Of a DNA stretch of 20,000 nt, positions 1 to 6,085 are shown piece after piece. Source of the stretch: an uncultured virus (IMG/VR IMGVR_UViG_3300036949_000060) (Duplodnaviria; Heunggongvirae; Uroviricota; Caudoviricetes); the IMG/VR virus record IMGVR_UViG_3300036949_000060; one strand, written 5' to 3'. The notes under the pieces were generated by a model that saw only the letters and a program-made list of their open reading frames with translations, did no database searches and was not told where the DNA came from. Made by a program: the position numbers and the translations under genes. How positions within the stretch are numbered: position 1 is the first letter of the stretch; every line of letters starts with the position of its first letter.

Positions 1-42
1 ATGGGATTCCGATGTGTTGTGGAAATGAATATAAAGAGAATG

Positions 43-78
43 AAAAGAGCCCTCGTACCTAAGTACGGGGGCCTTTTT
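43..78. terminator. Probable bidirectional intrinsic terminator closing the minus-strand late/accessory region
   Basis: Stem GCCCTCGTAC (49-58), loop CTAA, stem GTACGGGGGC (63-72) with one G-U pair on the + strand; flanked by AAAAG on the left and TTTTT (74-78) on the right; about 70 bp past the stop of the last minus-strand gene. Confidence 0.75.
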
Positions 79-148
79 CAATGAGTAAGGTAGGCTTCTG
101 CATTCGCTGTTCGTGATTATTGTAGCATTTCACTTACCGGAATGCAAC

Positions 149-595
149 CTACATTTCATTTGCAATCTGCTGTAACTTCTGCTTGATCTGATCGTTGGGC
201 GCGTCATTCATAAGCTGGGTCAGCTCGGATTCAAAGTCGCCTTCCATGCTGTACCCATCGTCCATGCTGTAATCGTCCATGCTATATCCGTCGCGCGGAT
301 AGCGATCTCTTGAGTATCTATCCCTTGAATATCTACCCATGCTGTCACGTCTCGCATTACGACCTCTACCTCTTGCCTCGGAATAACCGCCATCGCGGGA
401 ATAATAACGATTGCGAGAATAGCCATCCATGCTATATCCGCCATTCATCATTTCTTCAGACTTGAGGAGATTCTTTTTTGCATGAGCGAGAGTGTCCATA
501 TACTGAACCTCAGTCATAGAGAGCTTTCCGCCCTTTTCTGCCTTGCGCTCAAGATCGTCGAGCTCGTCACAGATAAATTCTATGAGTTTGTGCAT
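149..595 (-). CDS. Hypothetical phage protein (148 aa) with helical termini and a central Arg/Tyr/Ser/Asp low-complexity repeat
   Basis: ORF; start moved to ATG at 595 (MHKLIEF) because AGAAAGGAGA lies at 601-610; centre has repeated YS(R/M)D motifs. Confidence 0.8.
   Translation of the reverse strand: MHKLIEFICDELDDLERKAEKGGKLSMTEVQYMDTLAHAKKNLLKSEEMMNGGYSMDGYSRNRYYSRDGGYSEARGRGRNARRDSMGRYSRDRYSRDRYPRDGYSMDDYSMDDGYSMEGDFESELTQLMNDAPNDQIKQKLQQIANEM
243..435 (-). repeat. Degenerate coding tandem repeats (YSMD/YSRD units)
   Basis: TCCATGCT at 243, 261, 276 and 426 on the + strand; protein reads GYSMDGYSRNRYYSRDGGYSE...RYSRDRYSRDRYPRDGYSMDDYSMDDGYSME. Confidence 0.7.
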
Positions 596-609
596 AGCGT
601 TCTCCTTTC

Positions 610-1065
610 TCACGCTGTTCTCTCAACAGTAATAGAAGCACCTCTTCTAACTGTGATTGAAGGTGTTGGTGTAGTGGTAGGATCATCTTCTGTGCCATCG
701 AAGTAAATTCCCGACACAGAGACACAACAGCCACAAGGAACTGTAACGGGAATCTCGGTGTTGATATGTCCGTATTCCTCAACAGCCTGTGGCGTGAAGA
801 TTGCTATGCTTTCGGGGACTATCACACCATTTATCGTGATTCCGATAGCAATGGGAGTGACCTCGCCACCCTCGGGAATCTGAACATTCGCCTGTACCCT
901 TACATTGTATCTTGCGAATCTGCCGGATGTGCTACCTTTCAGATTAAGAACCCCTACCGCAAGAGGAACTACATTTCCTGTGTTGCAAGGGATAGAAACC
1001 GCGCTGAATGGTATCGTGCCATTAAGGGCAACTAACGCATCGCTCGTTGTTACATATTCTGCCAT
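610..1065 (-). CDS. All-beta protein (151 aa), possibly a BclA C-terminal/C1q-like jelly roll
   Basis: RBS AGGAGGT (1071-1077) overlaps the upstream stop; alternating hydrophobic strands (NGTIPF, GVLNLKG, RYNVRVQANV, ASITVER); VPCGCC motif. The fold call is by eye. Confidence 0.7.
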   Translation of the reverse strand: MAEYVTTSDALVALNGTIPFSAVSIPCNTGNVVPLAVGVLNLKGSTSGRFARYNVRVQANVQIPEGGEVTPIAIGITINGVIVPESIAIFTPQAVEEYGHINTEIPVTVPCGCCVSVSGIYFDGTEDDPTTTPTPSITVRRGASITVERTA

Positions 1066-1076
1066 AGCACACCTCC

Positions 1077-1946
1077 TTAATTCATAAAGGTATTTCCGCT
1101 ACATCCGCATCCACCGTTGCAAGTAAAGATAGGGGTTCTGCCGTACACGGGGGTTGAAGGAACAGGGCAGTTGGAAAGTCTGTTATAGAGCTGATCGACT
1201 TCATCACTGAATCCCTGAGAGATAAACGCGTTCTGAGCAGTCTGAGACTCGCGAAGGGTAGCCATGTTAAGCTGCTGGCGAAGCTGCGCGATGGTATCAT
1301 TCTTAGCATCCAGTTCAAGGGAGCAGAGCTTATCGAGAATAGCCTGAGTGCCCTTGTTCTGAGAGTCGATGATATCACGGGTGTTATTTGCGTCAGCAAA
1401 TCTTGTAGCATTAGCCTCGTTCTGAACGATGTTCTGAGTCTGACAGGTAGCAAGTCTGTTATCGCAGCAGCACTGAGCAAGCTGAGACTGAACAGAATTG
1501 AATCCCTGATTCATCGCGGTCTGTCCGGCAAATGCGGTCTGCATATTGGCGATCTGTCTTGCGTTTGCGCCCTGTTCTACTCCGGCAAAGCCGTTGGCAA
1601 GAGCCATCTGAGTGTCGGAACAGCAGTTGCAAAGCTGGGTTGACAAAGAAGAAATGCCGTCGCGGATTCCGGTAATGCCGTCATTAATCATCGCATCCCT
1701 GAAGCCGTTGTTGGTATTAGTCATAATGTTCTGCTGTCCGTTTGCGAGCCAAGGATAGTCACCGCCAAAACCGCCGCCGAAGCCGCCGTTTCCGCCCCAT
1801 CCATTGTTGCCCCATCCGAGAAGAAGCAGCAAAATGATCCAAGCCCAATCGCCGCCGAATGCGTTTCCGAATCCTCCCCCGTTTCCGCCGGTAGGAGAAA
1901 CAAGCATAGTTGCGCCAATTCCGCCGTTTTCGTCTGTTAAAGCCAT
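1077..1946 (-). CDS. Hypothetical protein (289 aa): Gly-rich N-terminus with a hydrophobic segment, Gln/Asn/Ala coiled coil with Cys clusters, Cys-rich tail
   Basis: Start moved to ATG at 1946 (MALTDENG) with AGGAGGT at 1953-1959; motifs GGDWAWIILLLLLGWGNNGWGG, QLCNCCSD, QLAQCCCD and CNGGCGC. Confidence 0.85.
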   Translation of the reverse strand: MALTDENGGIGATMLVSPTGGNGGGFGNAFGGDWAWIILLLLLGWGNNGWGGNGGFGGGFGGDYPWLANGQQNIMTNTNNGFRDAMINDGITGIRDGISSLSTQLCNCCSDTQMALANGFAGVEQGANARQIANMQTAFAGQTAMNQGFNSVQSQLAQCCCDNRLATCQTQNIVQNEANATRFADANNTRDIIDSQNKGTQAILDKLCSLELDAKNDTIAQLRQQLNMATLRESQTAQNAFISQGFSDEVDQLYNRLSNCPVPSTPVYGRTPIFTCNGGCGCSGNTFMN

Positions 1947-1956
1947 AATTTTACCT

Positions 1957-2028
1957 CCTATAACTTTTGTTAGGTTAGGGAATACACTCGTACGCTGTGT
2001 AGTCCGTATATAAGGCACGTCTGCCTTA
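1957..2028 (-). promoter_or_regulatory. Putative structured 5' leader with tandem hairpins upstream of the 289-aa gene
   Basis: Perfect 7-bp inverted repeat TAAGGCA-4nt-TGCCTTA (2011-2028); imperfect stem GGACTACAC...GTGTATTCC (2005-1979, minus strand); weak third stem near the RBS. Confidence 0.45.
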
Positions 2029-2241
2029 CTTTCTCATAAGTTGCTGTATCATGGGATTGTTTCTCATGCTCATAACCTGATTGATCTGTTGCTGAGAAAC
2101 CTGATTTGTGTTGATAAGATACTGAAGAATGCTGCTCGGGTCGTTCATATCCACATTATTTGGGATATTAAACCGTCTCGACAGCATTTGTAACGGGTTT
2201 TGCCGAAATTGCTGATACATTGAAAAGATATCATTCATCAT
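2026..2241 (-). CDS. Small Gln/Asn/Met-rich helical hypothetical protein (71 aa)
   Basis: ORF overlapping the upstream stop; repeated NP motifs (QNPLQML, NDPSSIL, NNPMIQQL). Confidence 0.75.
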   Translation of the reverse strand: MMNDIFSMYQQFRQNPLQMLSRRFNIPNNVDMNDPSSILQYLINTNQVSQQQINQVMSMRNNPMIQQLMRK

Positions 2242-2725
2242 CGTCGTCCTCGTCTTTTGGAACCTTCTTAGGTGCGGGTTTGGTTATGCTCTTGAGCTTT
2301 TCTTTAATTGCTTTTACATCAGCCTTAATCGCCTCAATTTCGCTTATTAATCCCTCAAGTGTATCATTTATTGCCTTGTTATCGTTTCTATCGTCCTCGG
2401 GCGAATTTGAGGGTTCCTCGGGTTCCTCTTTGACAAGCCTATACTTTTCAATCTTGGGTGAGTCCAACTGAGAAAAGCCCATTGATTTTTCCATGACATA
2501 CGGCTTACCCTCAATCTTGAAAGTGACACAATTTCCGAGAGCAACCGGATATGTGCGGACATATTCTTCATTTGGTGCTGTCAGGAACCCGCCGTTCTGA
2601 ATCTGCTGAATAGGCTGTTGAGGAATCTGCTGAGCCATCTGCTGAGGCATCTGCTGCTGCATCTGCTGCTGAGGCTGATATCCGTACTGCTGAGGATATT
2701 GATAAGGGCTGTAAAAGTTAGGCAT
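2231..2725 (-). CDS. Hypothetical protein (164 aa): Q/P/Y-rich disordered N-terminus, small globular domain, C-terminal coiled coil and acidic tail
   Basis: RBS AAAGGAG at 2731-2737; YQYPQQYGYQPQQQMQQQMPQQMAQQIPQQ; heptad pattern in LEGLISEIEAIKADVKAIKEKL. Confidence 0.8.
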   Translation of the reverse strand: MPNFYSPYQYPQQYGYQPQQQMQQQMPQQMAQQIPQQPIQQIQNGGFLTAPNEEYVRTYPVALGNCVTFKIEGKPYVMEKSMGFSQLDSPKIEKYRLVKEEPEEPSNSPEDDRNDNKAINDTLEGLISEIEAIKADVKAIKEKLKSITKPAPKKVPKDEDDDDE

Positions 2726-2727
2726 GT

Positions 2728-3105
2728 TTACTCCTTTCTATACCATACATACACGGGAATTTCTCTTGAAGAATCCCAACTATCATATATATCGCCGTCT
2801 ATCGCACAAACGGTATGCGTTCCAGTCCCCAAAACAAATACCCCTTTAGGATTATCTCGGCAGAAATCACTTATTGTGTAACAATTCGGGCATAAGTTGG
2901 GGATAGTTTTGCGGTAGAAACCTCTTTCACGAAGAACAGATCCCCAAACAGAATCCGCATGAGGCATATCGCCCATAGCAAGGCCGTTTGAACAAATTTC
3001 AATATAGGCATCCTCCCATTCTATATTAAGTGCTTTTGAGACGGCTCTAATAGCGCAGTCGTCTACACTTCTTCCTGTTGGGTTGGGGTTATAATGAATC
3101 CACAT
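2728..3105 (-). CDS. Putative papain-fold (C39-like) cysteine peptidase/hydrolase (125 aa)
   Basis: DCAIRA (Cys at a helix start), THTVCAIDG (His) and YDSWDS (Asp) in papain-like order; extra CPNC motif; AAGGAG upstream at 3114-3119. Confidence 0.65.
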   Translation of the reverse strand: MWIHYNPNPTGRSVDDCAIRAVSKALNIEWEDAYIEICSNGLAMGDMPHADSVWGSVLRERGFYRKTIPNLCPNCYTISDFCRDNPKGVFVLGTGTHTVCAIDGDIYDSWDSSREIPVYVWYRKE

Positions 3106-3132
3106 TTCCTTATCTCCTTGTATTAAATTACA

Positions 3133-3180
3133 ACACTAAAAAAGCACCCTCACAATGATGTGAAAGTGCATTTTTAGTGT
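3133..3180 (-). terminator. Intrinsic terminator within a longer inverted repeat, after the HTH gene
   Basis: Minus-strand RNA GCACUUUCACA-UCAU-UGUGAGGGUGC followed by UUUUUU (11-bp stem with two G-U pairs); outer arms ACACTAAAAA/TTTTTAGTGT also pair. Confidence 0.75.
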
Positions 3181-3191
3181 AAGTTATGTGA

Positions 3192-3404
3192 TTATAGATG
3201 TTTAAAGACTTTTTCTTCGCATTTATAGACTATGGCTTTTGTTTGCCGAACAGACAGGCCAAATTCTTCGCTAAGCTTTTCAAAGGTGATACCGTCAAAC
3301 AATCTTCTACGCAAAATAGCTCTATCGCGCTCTGCATTCTTGCCAATTATCCATTCTGCAATCAGTGAGTCTAACTCTGACTTTGAAACATTCTCGGGGA
3401 TCAT
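3192..3404 (-). CDS. Small sigma-70 region-4-like helix-turn-helix DNA-binding protein (70 aa)
   Basis: ERDRAILRRRLFDGITFEKLSEEFGLSVRQTKAIV matches the sigma-4/GerE-type HTH pattern; too short to contain sigma region 2. Confidence 0.75.
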   Translation of the reverse strand: MIPENVSKSELDSLIAEWIIGKNAERDRAILRRRLFDGITFEKLSEEFGLSVRQTKAIVYKCEEKVFKHL

Positions 3405-3538
3405 CGCTTTTTTGCTCCACGGCCTACATTCCGCACGCGCCCTGTCCCTTTACAATGAGGGCAAGTGTGATAGCCGGAATTACCGCCCACTCGTCTTGTT
3501 CTGCGTCTCGTCCTCACTCTCTGTGTCACTCTCGCCAT
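3401..3538 (-). CDS. Arg-rich microprotein (45 aa) with CPHCKGTG motif; not in the ORF track
   Basis: Manual translation MARVTQRVRTRRRTRRVGGNSGYHTCPHCKGTGRVRNVGRGAKKR*; AGGAG 6 nt before the ATG; its TGA overlaps the HTH start codon (ATGA, 3401-3404). Confidence 0.7.
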   Translation of the reverse strand: MARVTQRVRTRRRTRRVGGNSGYHTCPHCKGTGRVRNVGRGAKKR

Positions 3539-3797
3539 GATAATCTCCTATGCCTATGACCGTAAAATCGCCCTCGGCCTCAATTTCCTGTTCAACCTCT
3601 TGCTCGTAGTATTCCCACTGGCTCTCATACCATATCCACATGGCGTTGGTTCCCACAAGTAAGACTATGAGCAGTATACACATTATCCACAATCTCTTAA
3701 TGGTGAGTGATTGCCTATCTGCCATAGCCTCAAACACACAAAAAGGGATTGTGGAATTGTCTTTACCATTCATTGTCGGAATCCTTGTTGCTGGCAT
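3480..3797 (-). CDS. Single-pass membrane protein with acidic C-terminus (start may be 3773)
   Basis: Hydrophobic segment LWIMCILLIVLLVGTNAMWIWY followed by a Glu/Asp-rich tail; overlaps the holin stop. Confidence 0.7.
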   Translation of the reverse strand: MPATRIPTMNGKDNSTIPFCVFEAMADRQSLTIKRLWIMCILLIVLLVGTNAMWIWYESQWEYYEQEVEQEIEAEGDFTVIGIGDYHGESDTESEDETQNKTSGR

Positions 3798-3975
3798 CTA
3801 CAAGTCCCTCGCCAATTACATACCCGATTACGGTAGCTCCAGCCATGATAAGCGATGCTACCTGAGCAGCTTCATTCTCAGTCCCGCCGAGAGCAACGAT
3901 CAGAAGCGAAACGAAAGCACATATACTGACCCAAAGTTTTCTTGATGTAAGTTTTCTTTTCCAATCAATCTTCAT
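3763..3975 (-). CDS. Putative holin (70 aa, two TM segments)
   Basis: Basic N-terminus MKIDWKRKLTSRKLW typical of small Gram-positive phage holins, two hydrophobic helices, strong RBS AGAGGAGG, lysis-cassette position. Confidence 0.75.
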   Translation of the reverse strand: MKIDWKRKLTSRKLWVSICAFVSLLIVALGGTENEAAQVASLIMAGATVIGYVIGEGLVDASNKDSDNEW

Positions 3976-3987
3976 GGTATTCCTCCT

Positions 3988-4323
3988 CTACTGTAAACCC
4001 AATTTACATGCAATATAGCCGATTACGATGGAAACAACCGATATGACAATGTGTGATACCACTTTTCGCCATATCTCGCCATCGCGATCTTCCAATTTCC
4101 TGATTCTGTCGCTTTGATCGTTGAGGTTTTCGCCCTGCCTCGCCTGTTCGCGGACCATGTGCTCCATGTTGGTAGCAAGTCTTTCGACAGACGTGGCGAT
4201 TGATGAAATAGACTCAATAGCTAACTCAAGTTTTGAAATCCGGTGGTTTTGTCTGTTATCTTCTTCTTCCATTCGCTTAACAAACTCCTCGTGGACATCC
4301 TTGCGTACATACTCGTCTGACAT
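3988..4323 (-). CDS. XhlA-like coiled-coil protein with a C-terminal membrane anchor (lysis accessory/holin-like)
   Basis: Start moved to ATG at 4323 (GAGGTG upstream); coiled coil RISKLELAIESISSIATSVERLATNMEHM; C-terminal TM VVSHIVISVVSIVIGYIA; directly follows the endolysin. Confidence 0.7.
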   Translation of the reverse strand: MSDEYVRKDVHEEFVKRMEEEDNRQNHRISKLELAIESISSIATSVERLATNMEHMVREQARQGENLNDQSDRIRKLEDRDGEIWRKVVSHIVISVVSIVIGYIACKLGLQ

Positions 4324-4333
4324 TTCCCACACC

Positions 4334-5848
4334 TCATACAATCTTAATATACTGGCCTATCTGTATTAAATTCGGGTTTTTAATCCCGTTTGCCTCGGCA
4401 AGTGCTTTAACGGTAGTGTTATATCGCTTTGCTATGGCTGAAAGAGTATCTCCGCGCTTTACTGTAATACCCAAGATGGTTTTTGCCGTCTCGGTCACTA
4501 CATACGGCTTGCCGGTCTCTTTACGCTGAGCCACTATTTCATCGACCCTCTTTTGGACGGCTGAATAATCAAATCCGGCGTTTGTGAGCCTTATGCGCCT
4601 AAGAGGATTGTTGCCCCAAAGTCCGGCAAGAACCTCATTGGCTATCTGATCTACCGAAGCCTTTGCCTGAACGGGGACTATAACCTCCTGTTTAGGTAAA
4701 TCCGGTTGATCGACCCACTCAATAAATATTTCATCCTGATCTACGACAGTTCCAGCAATCTTAGGATCACGGATGTAGTTTACAGACCCGCCGTACTGCC
4801 AAATCTCAATAAGAGAAATGCTATTAAGATGCGGCTCTTTGTTTGAATACCTTGCAACCCAATGAGGGAAAAGAACAAGTTTATTATCGTCAAATCGGCT
4901 ATTAAAATGGCTTTCACTTGTATAGATGCCGCAAGCATATCCGGCGTTTATCATGGTCTGACAGAAGGTTTGGATAATCTCGGTCAGGTGAGTATATCCC
5001 TGATTGAGCATCGCCCCCTCCACATCATAGTAAACATGGGTGATTGCTTTTCCCTGAAGGCACTGTATAAAGAAATTAGCCTCATTGATTGCGTCGGTCG
5101 TGCTGAATGCGTTTCCAAAAAAGTAAGCCCCGATCTTCCATGCTCCGGCCCTTGCCTGAGTGTAGAAATTCTCAAACTGAGAATCTTTATAAGGCACCTT
5201 ATTTGAGGTATCAGCTCCGCCCGCCTTTATAATAACATACGAAAAGCCCTCATTCCACGCTTTTTTTAAATCAAATCCATTTTGCCATCTTGAAACGTCT
5301 ATCCCCTTGGGGTGAGTCGGAATAGAGGGGGTCTCGTTTGAGTATTCTACCCATGGCAGAAGGCCGTGATCCGTCCATGATCTTCCCTTAGAAGTTGAGC
5401 CTTTATAAAGATACCTCTCACCTTTTTCATTGACGTAGGTATACTGAACCTTGCTGGCCCAGTCTGAAGTACACTCTATAACGTTGAATACCTCATTCTG
5501 ATAGGTGAAATCACCGACGTATATGCCGGAATGCTCATGGCCTTTATCAGAGATATAGAGGTATGTTCCGGCTTTTTTAAGCTGCGTAAAGTCTTTTGAT
5601 CTTTCCGTGCATTGTAAAAGCAAGTGATATCCGTCAACATCGCCCGTAGGAAAATCTTTCGGGCTTATGTAAGAGCCTATGACTCCTGTGGGAGACCAAT
5701 TTGCAAGGACGCATTTTATGAGATTCCAACAATCAAACGAGTACCTTTTGCCGTCATAATATCCGCAATTATACGGAAATTTGTTGTTATAGTAATTGGG
5801 TACATCATGGGCCAGCTTTAACTTTTCGATAAAATCTTTAACAAGCAT
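4334..5848 (-). CDS. Endolysin: NlpC/P60-CHAP-like domain + GH25 muramidase + CW_7 (Cpl-7) repeat + LysM
   Basis: FDCWNLIK...HSGIY (Cys/His); KGIDVSRWQ...YYDVE...WVARY...IWQY...VDQD (GH25); [15 protein letters not shown]...VQKRVDE (CW_7); [38 protein letters not shown] (LysM); RBS GAGGAGG. Confidence 0.92.
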   Translation of the reverse strand: MLVKDFIEKLKLAHDVPNYYNNKFPYNCGYYDGKRYSFDCWNLIKCVLANWSPTGVIGSYISPKDFPTGDVDGYHLLLQCTERSKDFTQLKKAGTYLYISDKGHEHSGIYVGDFTYQNEVFNVIECTSDWASKVQYTYVNEKGERYLYKGSTSKGRSWTDHGLLPWVEYSNETPSIPTHPKGIDVSRWQNGFDLKKAWNEGFSYVIIKAGGADTSNKVPYKDSQFENFYTQARAGAWKIGAYFFGNAFSTTDAINEANFFIQCLQGKAITHVYYDVEGAMLNQGYTHLTEIIQTFCQTMINAGYACGIYTSESHFNSRFDDNKLVLFPHWVARYSNKEPHLNSISLIEIWQYGGSVNYIRDPKIAGTVVDQDEIFIEWVDQPDLPKQEVIVPVQAKASVDQIANEVLAGLWGNNPLRRIRLTNAGFDYSAVQKRVDEIVAQRKETGKPYVVTETAKTILGITVKRGDTLSAIAKRYNTTVKALAEANGIKNPNLIQIGQYIKIV

Positions 5849-6085
5849 TTAGCCCTCCTCGGTGTTTCTTTCGTATCGGTCTGTTTTGAGCACAAAACCC
5901 GTGTCGTCTATGATCTCCCCGAAAACATATTTGCAATTTGCATCACCCACACATGCCCTCATACTTCCGTACAGATTAATCAGGGCAAGCTCCATAGTGT
6001 TGAAATGGGTAATAGTCCTTTCGTGGGTTTCGTTTGCCATAGTCTTTAATAGTAATACATTCATCGGAGGTTCTTCTTTATTCAA
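5849..6085 (-). CDS. Small hypothetical protein between the tail-tip genes and the endolysin (start uncertain: 6085, 6064 or 6040)
   Basis: Fills the gap exactly, with its stop abutting the endolysin ATG and the endolysin RBS inside its 3' end; no clear RBS of its own. Confidence 0.6.
   Translation of the reverse strand: MNKEEPPMNVLLLKTMANETHERTITHFNTMELALINLYGSMRACVGDANCKYVFGEIIDDTGFVLKTDRYERNTEEG

Noticed and set aside
1..84. 3' end of a + strand gene at the window edge
   Set aside because: All three frames give only short open stretches, and the frame cannot be determined from this window.
243..435. Short repeats considered as a CRISPR or mini-array
   Set aside because: Units are 12-18 bp, in frame and degenerate, with no unique spacers; they are coding repeats.
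1947..2018. N-terminal extensions given by the ORF track (also 596-613, 4324-4341, 13121-13216, 14344-14427, 14573-14614)
   Set aside because: Downstream ATGs have strong RBSs or stop-start coupling, and most extensions overlap the upstream gene.
3192..3404. Full phage-encoded sigma factor
   Set aside because: It is only 70 aa with a region-4-like HTH and no region 2; the upstream sequence encodes a separate microprotein, not a frameshifted N-terminus.
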